DNA of 64,000 nucleotides from Dimorphilus gyrociliatus (GCA_904063045.1 CAJFCJ010000012.1:2351180-2415179), one strand, 5' to 3'; counted from the first letter of the stretch, positions 11,678 through 25,278 are shown. A program made the numbers and translations. The notes: a model not told the origin generated them from the letters alone.

Positions 11678-12800
11678 TCCTCATATAGACTAGATTATTT
11701 AACAATGTTAAGCTATTATTTTACCTTTGTTACAACAGTTTAACGTTCCATTTCGTTTGGAAGAAATGTCCAAATTTAAAAAGGATTTGCCTATCCCTCA
11801 AAGGCCAGTAAACGAGATCTTAAATTCAGTAGCTGGTGAAGAGGAAGAGAAAGAGTAGGAAGCTTCAAATCTTTTTTTTTTTATAGACCACCTTTTTTCA
11901 TGTCCTTAATCTTTTCTTTAAAGACAAAAACCCAAGACATTAGCCGATTTGGCAAAGATGTCTAAGTTACATAAAAAAAAGGAGGAGCTGGAGAAGAGAA
12001 ATATGGAAAAGAGGCAGAAAAGACAAGAAAGAATGAAGATAAAAGGTTTCTCTAGAAAAATTATTACATTTTTCAAGTTAACTTAGTCTTGGTTTTTGTT
12101 ATTCTTTCAGGAGGCAATAAATTAATTGGAAAGATGGAAGGAAAAATTCAAAACAGTATTGCGAAGTCGACTGCAAAAGAAGACCATATATTAGAAGCAT
12201 GCGAAGGAGATGAAAAGGCGGAGCATGTTGAAGAAAAACGGCAGGAAAGTAAGTATTCATCAGAATATTCTGAATGGAAAGATGATTGGGGTGAAGAAGA
12301 ACAAGAATGCGAAGACGAACCAATTAAAAATGGTACGTCTAATGGCCAATTTGAAAAGTCTGAACAAGAAAGCGATAACTCAGCACATTCCAAAAAGTCA
12401 CCTGAAACAACTCCTTCCGCTAGTCCTCCTCAAGAAAACATTAAAAATGATCGCCAAACAACAATTTGGGCTAATGACAATTTAGGTAGTGAATATGAAA
12501 TTAAAAAGATAGATATAAAAAAGAAAAATGGCAAGAACTTAGAAGATCGACTACTAGATGAATTATTCGCTGAAATGGAACCAAAAGTATGCAATACAGA
12601 TGCTAAATCAAAGAACAATAGCTCTTCACCCAGACTCAAGTCGAAAACTATGTTTGACGTTCTCGACGGTCAGGTAAAAATTTAAAAAAATTAAAATCTC
12701 TTTTGTATATAGAATATCTTTTTATTGATGAACTTTTTATGCTTAGGAAAACACCGAAGGATGGGAAGATAATGATTTGGATTGGAATGACATTGAATGA
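9769..12800 (+). CDS. SCYL3: SCY1-like pseudokinase 3 (PACE-1) with HEAT repeats
   Basis: MGAETS start (myristoylation-type Gly2); KAVK|HLKTLKHPGII; HNNISHKSIFVDCCGRWKLGNLE; VIPEITKIFHVRDFHVRHALL; LTGLRDEND. Acidic tail ends GWEDNDLDWNDIE*. Confidence 0.85.
11644..11674 (+). repeat. (TA)n microsatellite in SCYL3 intron
   Basis: TA run beginning at the GT donor. Confidence 0.9.
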
Positions 12801-12967
12801 AAATTTTTAAAAGTTACAAAATAAATTTAACATTTATAATTGTATGTACAAATCGGAAAAAAAAAGAATTAATATATTAATAAGTAAAGCATAGACCCAA
12901 TCCAAAAACATGACACTGAAAGAAAATTACAATTTACACAAGAAAATAAAGTACACTATTCTATAAT

Positions 12968-14035
12968 TCATGCGTCAAAGAACGCTTTGGCTTTTAAGTT
13001 TTGTGAACTAGAAACTTGCAAATTTCTTGATGCTCTTCCACTCCTCCTACCTCCTCTATAACTTTTGACTTTTCCGGGACTTGTTTGAATAGGTGTTGAT
13101 GGTGAACTATCACTTTCGGGACGGGGAGGTGGCTTATCGTAAACATCCCAATTTTTTATCTATAAAAAATCGAATGTGGAGTCAAGACTAAAAAATAATA
13201 TATAAAAAGAAGTAACTTTAATTAGGCTACTAAAATACTAATTAATCTTAATCTACAAAAACCTTGTATAATAACTTCATTCCAGAGATATCTTTTAAAC
13301 TGCTGACAACAGTGGTTGTTTTAAAAATTTTAATTATATAAAAAGGGATATTCAGTAATCTAATTGTATTTGTAATGCAAGATGTGAAAAGGTTACTAAG
13401 AGCCTATTATAAATGTTACATAGAAAATAAAAAAGTTAATAAAACTGGATTGAGCGAGAATTTTCATTAAATAGAATGTTCGCAATGGAACAAAGTTGAA
13501 TAGAAACTAAATACATTCCAAGTATGGGTTTAAGAATATGGACAGAGTGATTTCATGTTTAAACTATATTCTACAAAGTATTTGTACAGATCTTACCTGT
13601 CTTGGACAATTTAACAACTTTTCATAAGCTTTAAACCTTTTTTCTTCTTCATCCAAATATTTCATCTGTTCTTTCATCTCCTGATATTTTAGTAGTACTT
13701 GCTTTTCAGTTAGAATTTTAGGAAATTTTGCATTAGATTGCTCAATTAACTCCTGATAGTGTAGTGCAACGGGTTTATCTATGGATTCCAATTTATTTGG
13801 TACCATGTTTAACGTTCTATCTCTTATAAGAGAACTTAAGTACGGATCATTTAAAAAGACATCATCATTAAATTCAGGAAACTCTTCATCGGCTTCCAAA
13901 TCTATGGTACCTGCAAAGACAAAAAAATTCAAAAACTCTACACAATAGACAGTTTGTACAATGACAGTTAATCGAAGCAACTTTACAGAAAATTAGATAC
14001 AGACCTTCCCCTAAAGTTACTTTATGTTCGCCCAT
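12968..14035 (-). CDS. Uncharacterised ~190 aa protein (acidic N-terminus, helical middle, S/P/R-rich tail)
   Basis: Four frame-compatible GT-AG exons: MGEHKVTLGE | GTIDLEADEEF...NCPRQ | QFKRYLWNEVIIQ | DKNWDVYDKPPPRPES...AKAFFDA*. No family recognised. Confidence 0.6.
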
Positions 14036-14464
14036 AATAAACTTTTGCAATTTAAGGCGACGATAGGTTTGAAATTTTCAAATTTATTTTTACAAATTTA
14101 ACGAACGATCAACAACGGTGCCAGCGCGCTTTGCGCATGTGTGGACGAAATTTAAATAGGTAAAGAGTTCGAATTCAGATTCTAGCATTAACATTTTGAG
14201 CGCGGAACACGTAACATTTCGTCTTTTTTCATGAGATCACGCGAAATTTGGAAATTTCGCTTTGACTGGTTACGTTTTCCGCCCTAAAACTCATCAAGTT
14301 TTAAATCGCCTTTGAGAACTCGCGAGATTGCGTTGGAACTTCGTTGTCCGCCATATTTATCTAAAGTGAAACCCTTCCGTTCAAACAATAATTTTGATTT
14401 TCTTACATTTCAACCAACACATATCTGTTATACTTTGACATTGGTAAATAGATCGGCTAGTCAA

Positions 14465-16450
14465 ATGGCACCGCAAGCTAATGCTTTAGCTATTTGGGGA
14501 AATGAGAAGACGATGAATATGAATAATATGGTCCTGACAAATATTCAGGGTTCGCCTTATTTTAAAGTGAACTGCTTTGAGCTGAAAACATACCATGAAG
14601 TTATTGATGAGATTTATTATAAGGTTTGTTCAGTGTTTTTTTTATGACTTTCGGTGAAACGTGCATACGAATAATGATAAAGTCATTATGCCTAACAGGA
14701 ACTCGGTTATAAAAAAAAATATCTATTACCCTTATGAAATATTTTTTTTTTCTAGTTTCGGTAATAAGTTTATACTCAATTTCGATAGTTATTGTTTAGA
14801 TTCGTTATATAATCAACTGTTTATTATCGCCTGAAAGATACTAGTTGTTCAAAATTTCGAAATCGATAACGTTGGATGGAAGTGAGAGTGCTCTGTCAAC
14901 AAATATCCAGTATAAGCAATTAAAAGTTTCTACGAGGATTTTTATTCTTGTTTTTTGTTTTCTCTAGGTAGCACATTTGGAGCCATGGGAAAAGGGAAGT
15001 CGAAAAGTCGCTGGTCAAACTGGTATGTGCGGAGGAGTGAGAGGTGTAGGAACAGGAGGAATCGTTTCTAGCGCCTATTGTCTGCTGTATAAATTGTATA
15101 CTCTTCGTTTAACAAAAAAACAAGTAGTAGGATTAATAAACCATTCCGATTCTCCCTATATCAGAGGTTTAGGTTTTATGTATATAAGGTTAGTATGCTC
15201 AAATGAATATGTTCTGAAATTGAATCGAACGATTTTCACTGCGTATATTCTTATAGGTACACTCAGAGTCCAGCAGATTTATGGGATTGGTTTAAAAACT
15301 ATTTGGATGATGAGGAGGTAAGGACTAAGACTTTTTTTTTATTGTGCTTGTCAAAGTAGCCTTTTAGTAGTTTTTTCGCATGGAACATTGTACAGTTATG
15401 GTAAGTTCTATTCCACTCGACTGGCGTTAGTTTAAAACAGGAAGTGACTTTGTCATGTATTTCAAAACAGATATTTTGGTCGAGAAGATTCTGAAAGTCT
15501 TCATACCGTTGACAATTATATTCGAGGTTAAACATAAAGATTTTTTGACAGAAAAGTCTTGTTTCACCCTATATTTATAGAAAATATAATAGTATATTCT
15601 TACATTTGAAGAATTAATATTATGCAATGGCATATAATTAATTGTGATGTAAGAGTATTCTTTATTTTTTTATAATATTCATATATATTTGTATATGTAT
15701 ATTTAGGTATATATAGACAAATTATTGATTTACTTAAAAATTAAATAGCACTAATTTTGAGTAGGCGATTGCGCGCGTTTATAAATTAACATTTTGAAAG
15801 TAACATTCTTTGTGAAATAAATAGGAAATTGACCCGAAGGCTGGCGGTGGTAGCCCAATGACAATGGGGCAAATGGTGAGACAAATGATGTTGAAATTGG
15901 ATTGGTTTAGTACCCTTTTTCCGCGTATTCCAGTGAAAATTCAGAAAGAAATGGAAGATAAGATGCGTATATATGATGTAGAAACTAGAGAACAGAAACG
16001 AGCCGAAGAGGAGGCAGTTGAGCAAGCTAGGAGAGAAGAGAGACAATTGAAAGAAGTTATGCAAGCCGCCAATAATCCTCAATTGTAAGGTTCACTTAAT
16101 TATTTAATTCTCTATTTCAAGTTTCAATAATTAACGATGAAATTCTTTTTTTATTTATCAAAAGGATGGCTACACAAGATCTAAATAGAGATGATAGGCG
16201 ATACTCAGATGAGAAAGAAGAGGAGCCAAGTCGTCGTAAACACAAAAAGCACAAACGTTCTAGATCACGGTCGAGAGACAGACATCACAAACGGTATCGT
16301 TCAAGATCCAGATCTAGATCGAGAGATCGCAGACGACGCAGATCACCAGAAGATCACGACAGACGTCGTGGGGATGACTATGAAAGACGTCACAAACATC
16401 ACAAACACCGCCATCACCGTGATCATGAAGATGACGGTTATTATCGGTAG
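14465..16450 (+). CDS. PRPF38B: Pre-mRNA splicing factor 38B (PRP38 domain plus RS/RD-rich tail)
   Basis: WGNEKTMNMNNMVLTNIQGSPYFK, HLEPWEKGSRKVAGQTGMCGGVRGVGTGGIVSSAYCLLYKL, DSPYIRGLGFMYIR, LDWFSTLFPRIPV and an RSRSRSRDRRRR tail. Confidence 0.95.
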
Positions 16451-16943
16451 AAGATGGATGAGTTATATTTTAATTGATAAAAAAAAGCACTTGTTTATTG
16501 TTGAGCTGTGAAGTCGAAAGGCTAATGTGTAAAAATTGTAAAAAAAATTTCAAAGTTTTGAATTTCCCCTTAAGGATTATTTTTTACTTTAAAAAAAGAT
16601 TTTCTTGTAATTTTATATCATCGTTAAAACCTGTTAAATACACTCATAGTAATCATTATATTACTGCTATTAAGTCTTTTATCGCTGGTGAACAGCCCCG
16701 AAAAAAATTCAAATCCGAAATGTTTACGAAACAATGGTTTATTTTTTTTATAAAATAAATTAAAAAATATCCAATTAATTTATGAATAGAAATTTTAATT
16801 GATTAAAAATTTATTTAAATAACCACAGACAAGACGGAGAATTAAAAAAAAACTACAATTTTTTTGGTGTTTTTTCCACTGAAAAATCTTTAATCTTCTC
16901 TTATTTGAATTTTTCTATCTTAAGTTTCGCTTTTGAAAACAAT

Positions 16944-19900
16944 TTAACTATTCTTCGATATTTGTGCATTAATCCAGTCAACGTAGCTGGAAACTCTCGT
17001 AAATACACCTGGTTTCTTTGCCATTGCACATCCAACTCCCCAACTTGTTATGCCGTGTAGATAATATCTTCCGTCAGGACCCTTTGAACAGACTAGTGGA
17101 CCTCCGCTGTCACCCTGACAGGCATCCTTTTGACCTTCTGGATAGCCGGCGCACACCATCTCTTTCTTGTTAACACTCATTCCCAAATAATCTGGTTTGC
17201 TGCATTGTTCGTGACCTACAACTGGAAGAATAACTTGTTGAAGTTTTGCGCTGCCTTTGCTATCGCCGAAATGAGTTGCTCCCCAACCAGTTGTAAAGCA
17301 AAGTTTATCAGCTTCAACGTGTTCTTTGGTTAGACAAATTGGTTGTACTTCGTTATTGAATTTAATCTCCGTTGTTGTTTTGAATAGGGCAATATCGTTA
17401 TGCTAATAGAAAAATATATATTTATATTTATTTATAACTGTGAGTGAAGAGAACGATCGATTATTGATCTTTTGGAATACTTACATATCCTCTTGTATCG
17501 TAATTTTCGTGTATAATTAACTTGTCAACCTTGTGGTATTTTTGAGATCTGTCAGTCTTTGATCTATCGTGTTCACCTACAAGGATCCTCCAGAAATTCA
17601 TTGGATAATTTTTTCCACCGTTTACGCAATGAGCAGCGGTTACAATCCAACGGCTATTGATAATACTTCCACCGCAAACATGACCATAATCATCATTCGT
17701 ATAACTCCTTTGAGTTTGAGCTCTTAGCGAAATTTGCCATGGCCAAGAGTGAGGATTGGCTTCAATTCCACCGACGATACGTCCAAATTTGGGAAGGATT
17801 TTGGGCGATCCGCAAGTTTCAACTGTTGGAACGTCCTTTTGCGAGTAGGTGGCAATGAAACCCTTGTCCATAACGGTAGCGTCGGATTTAAATTCAATGT
17901 ACAATTTGTTATTAGAAGCGGTGATTTCATCAGGAATCTCGTCTCCGCAAAGACGCTTTAAGAGTTTCTTTTCACCATCAATTACTTCGTAAATATTGAC
18001 GTGATCATTGGTACATCCCATAGTTTCTTCAACGCTAAACATGGAGAAAGTTAAATGGACTAGTTTACCAGAAACGACTTCAATACTCCACGCGCATCTG
18101 GCCATATTTGGATATTGTTTTTCGACATTGTACATGGGAGATCGGAATTCACCTTCCGGAGCTGTCAATGTTAAAGTTTTGCCACCACAGCCCGGATGAA
18201 CTTTACGGATATAATCCCTCTTGATAAATTCTATTTTAGCTTCAAAACCTTTAAAACTATTTGTGCCGTCGGAAGCGAATTGAAGCAAAAGCTTGTTATT
18301 TGAAGAGGTAATTCCCTCTGAAGTTGGACTATGCTCGTTGCAGTATTTGCCTAATAGAACTCTTTCGTCGAAATTTTGACCATCATAGGCCGTGAGAGAA
18401 TCGAAAAGGCATGAAAACTCTTCTTCAATATCAAAGGTTTTGAATGTAAGGCGAACAACCTGAAAAAACAAGATTTATCAAAAGGATAATTGATTAAACG
18501 ATTCTCGAATACTTACAAAGTCGGCTGGTGCTTCAATTAGCCATTGACAATTGGCATCTTCCGGATAAGTGTCTAGGACGCCATAACCCGGGGAAACAAG
18601 CATTTTACTAGAGGATGTTATCTTTGCTGGCGATCCTTGACAACCAGGAGTTTTGGCTAAGATTTCGCTGGAAAGACTTTTCTTAATGAAGGTGATTACA
18701 CCCTCAAAACCAGCACCAGAAGGATTCGAACTAGAAACAAGACGTATAAAGAGGTGTCTTCCAGAACTGGGTAAGATCTCTTCCGGTTGTAGTTTATGTC
18801 CATTGCATACTTTTGCCAAACTAGTGGCTGATGCTGAATCACCGTCGAATATCTCAACATAATCAGTATCGCATTTCAGAGAGCCAAAATCGAAAAATGA
18901 GAATCCAAATTCAATAAGTTTGTCTTCGGGCGCTTCTATTAAATAGCTACAATCCGCATTGGATGGAACAACATTGGCACTTGAAACAATTGGAGATTTA
19001 AATCCAGATTCGGTTGTAATCTTTTTCGGAGATCCATTACATCCTGGTGTCCTTTTAAGAACATCCTTTGACAGCTTATGAACTATTTTTGGATGAAAAA
19101 TATAGGTTGTAGGAAAAGGAGGAATGCCAGGTCGGGTATACTAATGAATATTTACTTACAACTCACTGTTGGTTCTGGCGTTGTGGGAACTGGAGCTTTA
19201 GTAGTAGTTGGTCTGGGTGTTGTAGTAGGTACGGGATTCTTAACGAATTGGAATTTAATAATAAAACCACTTCCACCTCCATTTTCATTGGAAGAGAAAT
19301 GGACAAGGGCACTGTTTTTGTCAAAGTCGATATATCCATTTTTTGGTTTGTTATTATTACAGAATGGACCAATACTGGGATCGGAAGCTTCATTGGGCCC
19401 ATCGTAGATTTCTATACTATCTTCACGGCAGGCGAAGGATGATTGAATGTCGAATTGATCGAATTTTAGGCTGACGTGCTAGCGAATTTCGAAAGAGTAC
19501 TTATTAATAATTTATACATTAATATATTTAAAGATGTTTCCGCTTACATAGCCAGTCGGTGCTTGGATTAAGAAATAACAATCGGAATTTGGCGGGTATT
19601 GACCAGATGTTGTTAATGGTCCAACGAGGCGAACGTCTGGATCAGATACGACTGTTTGGCGTCCATCGCATCCTGCTATTGGCCTGTATTCTTGTTGTTT
19701 ACCAGTAGCACTATATGTCAGTTTAAATCCCTTATTGTTGGAAGTGAATGCGTCTGAATGGAATTTAACGCGGACGGTATCATAGTTTGTCGAAAGAGAC
19801 GCCGGTTTTTTGTTGCCGCAATATTTCGTACTCTTAACAGGAGAACCGTTGGATACGTAGGTAATTTCTAGATAGTCGTATTCACAATCTCCCGAGTGAT

Positions 19901-20718
19901 CTTCCTCAACATCGAAATCGTCAAAGTCGATTTTTACTTTACCAGTAGAGCTCTTAACGATGTATTCACAATCCAACGAGGTAGGATATTTACGAGGATA
20001 ATTAGGACTGGTAATTTCTCCACCAACATCTGCATTCAACTGTTTGGATTCTCCTAAGCATTCTTGGGGAACTAGAGACGAATGTATTGATAATATAACT
20101 TGGAATCAATGAAGTTAATAGCAATTAGGAATTGATCTACTTACGAACACGTTTACTCAGACTGTTCTTTCTTTCTCTCAAAAGCTAATAAATAAAGAAA
20201 GCAATTTAAATATGCGAATTAAAAGTCAACTCTTTCTCTCTCTTTATCTCTGTAAGCCTATTAAATCCCCTCCCTTCATTCAATCATAGATCCTTTAGTT
20301 CTATATATATTCTTGATACTATTTATTTACTAGGGTTCATTTACTTTCACAGGCCTAGATCCTATAAAGTATATATCAAATTTAATACAAGACTTTCCAC
20401 TTGAAAAAAAAGAGGCTTGGTTAAAGTACTAAAGATCATTATTAATCTTCCTAAGAGAGAGAGAGAGAGAGAGAGAGAGTATGTGTGTGTGGACTTTAAT
20501 ACAAACCTTGAGAAGAAGATTCAAATCCTTAGAGGAAGAGCTTCTTTTCACTTTCTTTCTAAACGAATATGAGGAGGGTGAAGGGTGGGAAAGAGAAATA
20601 CGCAATTGTTAAATATTTAGGATTATTTAGAAAATAAAAGAGATTCTTACTCATTGAATTCAGCGGTGAGAAAACCACCAACAATGGAGATAAATACCAG
20701 TAACGAAAGAAATCGCAT
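16944..20718 (-). CDS. Secreted serine protease: signal peptide, 5 CUB domains (PT-rich hinge after CUB2) and C-terminal trypsin-like domain
   Basis: Signal [19 protein letters not shown]; five CUB repeats (GCxG...SPxY...CxW/YxI...); activation site CG...GR-IVGG; triad motifs TAAHC, NDIAL and GDSGGPL; KDAC (Asp189-type S1 pocket). Confidence 0.9.
20454..20479 (+). repeat. (AG)n microsatellite
   Basis: AG run in intron 1 of the CUB-protease gene. Confidence 0.9.
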
Positions 20719-22432
20719 ATCCTGTTGATAAAGAAAAAGTTGATAAAACGTTATAAATCGATAATCAAATAATTAATATAGAATATATACTAATATATTA
20801 TTTAATATTAGCATTCAATAACAATAACTTTAAATAAAATGAATAATAGAATGACTTTTTTTGCCTTATCATATGATGTATGGAGAAAACAAATTGTCCT
20901 TGTTCAAAGTAAATAACTACTAATACATTCAATTTAGGGCTAAATGTTAATTATTATAATTCATCATCCTCTTAAATAATCAGCCTTAATTAGAGTACCA
21001 TTGGCAATATTATTCTCTTTTTCTATTGTTTATAACTTTTATATATCATGCTCATAGCAACGATAAAGAATCTTAATTTAACTCTCATTTCTCTTCTCTT
21101 CTCCTTCTCGTCTTAGTATCTCTTTTTTCCCCTTTCTTTTTTTATTACATGTACTCTATAATTCGATATGCTACATTTCATTTCAAACGTAGAAAAAAGG
21201 GCATTCTACTTTATCCGATTGATCAATTGCGATTTATTTTTATCTTCAAGAGAATTGAAAAGTTAAGTAGGAAAAGGAATAATTAAAAAGAGAAAAGGGA
21301 GAGGATAAAGTAAAAATAAATCATACCTGATCCAGTTGCGATGACTCTGTAATAAATTATTTCTCTTCTACTTTATATTAAGTAGACAGACCGGCTTTGG
21401 TTCAAAAATACCTAGTGTAATGCTTGAATGAATCTATTGAACAAAAATATGGATATATCAAAATCTTGAATATAACAGCTACTTCTTTAGGAGGCCTAGC
21501 AGAGTAACCAAAAAATTTATAATGACAAAAATAGGGTGAAAACTGAATGATTACAATCGACCTACGCGTAGTTAGTTTAAATAGGGAGAGGAGGGTGGAG
21601 GGCGGAAGGGTGAAAATGAGAGAAAAGACTAGTATAGAGACACAATAGAGATGGGAAAAAGGAAGAATGGTTGTTATATTCAAGTGTATTGTAAACAATA
21701 GAAAGATAAGTTGAGAGAATATAGAGTATTAAAGCCGAAATAGCCTAATTAAAAGGAAAGTTTAATATATAGTTTTAAAATAAACAGCTACTGTTGATCT
21801 ATGACGACATTAAACAGCTAAGATACTATTTATCGTTCAACCCACGCAACCTAGCCAGAATTATTCATAAGTTAAAAAAGAATAAAATCTATTAATGTAC
21901 TATTTCCTTTTCCCCTCTTCAATTTTTTAACCTAAATTGTTTATGTTTTTCTTTTCTACGTTTTAACAGGGCCTCCAAAAACTGGAGTAAAGAATAACAA
22001 TCATAAGACTATCAATTACTATTTCATTGCGAGTAGGGTGGGGTCAAATGAACTTTCTTTTTTTAAAACAACAAAACAGACATAGATAATATGCATATAT
22101 ATGTATTTTCTGTATATAGTGTATATTTTATGATAGATAGGCTTATAGTCCAGGTGGAAGATAATGTAAAAAACGTCTTAAACAATCGAATGTTTTTATT
22201 CTAAATGAATTTGTAAATATTAATAAAAAGAGAGGAAAAAGAAGTAGTTGGTCAATTATTCACAAAATATACATTTTAACTTGAATAATCTAATTGTTTG
22301 TCAACCATTTGAAAGAATAGACGAAATCCATTGCTGATAATGGTGAATTGAATATTCAAAGGAACCCTTAAAAGATCTTTATATTACATTTTTTTAATAT
22401 CTCATTAAGTTTGCATAGGATATAACACCTCT

Positions 22433-22462
22433 TCCTCCTCCTCCTCCTCCTCCTCCTCCTCC
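22433..22462 (+). repeat. (CCT)n trinucleotide repeat
   Basis: About ten CCT units in intergenic DNA; further (TA)n, (TATG)n and (AG)n runs lie at 22.67-22.88 kb. Confidence 0.9.
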
Positions 22463-22666
22463 ACCTCCTCTTTGTTCCTCTTCAACCAATCTTTTATCTT
22501 CACCAAATTGATTTCAACTTTCCTTTCTTTCTACAACTCGTATAAGCCAAAAGCACGCATAAGGCTATTTATATAATTGGAGTTTTTGTTATTTTTGAAT
22601 AAGGTCATAAATAATCCTTATATTCATATAAATAATGCATTAAAAATCATATATAAATATATACTG

Positions 22667-22698
<32 letters not shown>

Positions 22699-24253
22699 CA
22701 AATATGCGTATGTATGTATGTATGTATGTATGATAATCATATTCTTATTTCACTGCAAATTGTATGTGCGATATAATGAACTAATCAATTAAAAATGCAA
22801 AAACTACTTCTGTAACTGCTTCACGGAGTCTATACTCTATATTGCTTTGTTTAACATTTAACATAGAGAGAGAGAGAGAGAGAGGGCGAGGGGGAAGGGG
22901 GTAAAGAAGAACAAGCAACTTCACAAGTTTATTTTTTAATTAAATAAACTATTGAACAACCGAGTGAAAATATTTCGTTTTTGCCATTTTCTATTCTTGT
23001 ATTAAATATAGGTTGTGATGTCAAATGAATAAAGCAATCTTTGAATGAACCGGGGCTGTTAAGTTTTCTATTTAATATATCTGAAAGATTATTGCTGAAT
23101 AGGAGAAAATACAATATATATATATAAATGTAATAAATATAGATCTAGATAATTCTCTGTCTTCTTTTATTTAACGTTCAAGAAATTATTAAGAAATTCA
23201 ATTTATGATTAAAGCATGCTTTTAAAAGCATAGAATTTCTCCTCTGCTAAAATTTTAGCAATACATTACAGTCATTATTTTTTCCTTTAATGGTTAATCA
23301 TTCATTGAATAAGTTTTGTATAGAGTCCAATATTGATTGTGTATAGCATTCATCGATAGGAAAGAAGAGAAAAAAGAAGAAAAAGAAGAAGATTTCAAGA
23401 TTTGCAAGTTTTCAACTACTCAATTAAAACTGATAGTACTCAATACTATTTCATATACTAATAAATAATCAATTTAAAAGAATAGGCTATAAAGTAGTTG
23501 ATATTAGCTTTATTACCATTTGTCTAGTATTATTTATTTTTAATTAGATAATTAAAGATGGAGACATTAGTAATCATTTTTGATAAAAGAGCGTGAATAG
23601 ATTATACAAAATCCGTGTGAATCAACTGGGGAATACACTCTATTATGCGACAAGTGGCATTCTTCCTTCTATTATCAATACTATTGTCTCATGAAAGAGA
23701 GAGACTTGGACGGAGAAATGGAGTACATGAAGAAACAGGGGGAAAAAAGAAGAAATAGAGAAAGTAGGACAGAAGGAAACTACGAAAGTTATTGGATTGA
23801 TAGGATTTGAATATAATTTAAATAAATCATTTGGAATCGTGATTGTTTGAATGAGAAAAGATTCCAAGTTTCGTATTGGCTGAGTTTTTTTTTTGCTTAG
23901 ATCTATTCTTTTTGTTTTTTTTTATAGATATCTCATTTCCATAAAAAGGAAATTTTAGGAAAAATTCAAAAGTCTCTCTATTGACCGATGAATATTAAAT
24001 TTTTTGGCTTTTAAACTATCTTCCCACTCGTCCTTCGTCCAATTCGGAACCTAATATATCACCTTTCTCCCAACAACAAATGCGCCTATTGAACGACCGA
24101 TGATCGCTTGTTTGTCGTTAGATATTCGTGCAGTTGGTATGTTTGCACGAGAAGATCACGAAACGTTGTAAAGACAAAAAAAAAGTTCAATTGATCGAAC
24201 TAAAAGTTTGAGTATTTTTGTTGTTCCTAATGTTTTTTTTCCCAGTCATCTGC

Positions 24254-24261
24254 TGACGTCA
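24254..24261. promoter_or_regulatory. Full CRE palindrome TGACGTCA upstream of the Kv3 gene
   Basis: Exact match about 1 kb upstream of the inferred Shaw ATG. Function is inferred only. Confidence 0.3.
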
Positions 24262-25278
24262 TTGTTTGTAATGTAAACTCTTGTTTTATTATAAAAAACG
24301 AACTAGTTAGCATTGATTTCAAATAATTATGGGAAGCGAATTGAAAATATTTATTTGTCCAGTTTGGCCTATCATTCCTTTTCATCTCTATAAAAGACTA
24401 TAATGACAAACATGATCATTTAAAACAACCCATCCAAAAGGTTAGATGATAATTTATTCAAGGTAACCTTTATACCTTTCGTCTTATTAACCTGCCTATT
24501 GTTTTATTATTTTATATACATTTATACACAACTTACATTTTTTTAATATTAATTAGTATTTATGCGAAGTTTTTTTTTTAAAAAACAAACAAACGCATAA
24601 TTACGATAATCTCTAGAGTTATATAATCTGTATAATCTTGTTGCTCTTTTACAGACATATAGACCTATTTAAGTGGTACATTATTTTAAGCTTACATTGA
24701 AGAAAGTGGCAATCAATTGTTCTCTTTAGAATAATTCATTTTTAATTCTATATAATGAGATAACCCTGTTAAAATGAAATGGAAAAGGGAGTAGGAAGAG
24801 ATTCAATAATTTGAAAAGAAACGCCTACTTCGATACAAAACCCCTTCTCTCTCTCTCTGTCTCTCAACCTCAACCTCTTTCTCTTATAAATAGAAATGAA
24901 CAAGCAATGACATTGAAATTCTGCTTAAAAAACTAATATGTTAAAGATAATCGAAATATTTTTGAAACAGTTTATGATCATTCATATACTTCTAGGCCTT
25001 CTTACTGTTCAATTGAACCAATTCTTCAACTGTTTTGTTTTATGCGTAGACGCTGTGTACATTACATAAATATGTATCCAAGTTGACTAGGCGCAAAGAT
25101 TGATTGCTTATTATCGTTCAATGATTCAACAGGATCACGTGATGTCAAAGCAATAAGAGACGTCCGCTCATTAAGGAACTTGAATATGCCAACAGAGGCC
25201 GGCTTTTGATCGTTTGACCCAACAAATAATCGTAATAAGTTAGAAGACGAACTAATTGACAATTTCATAAATGATAAT

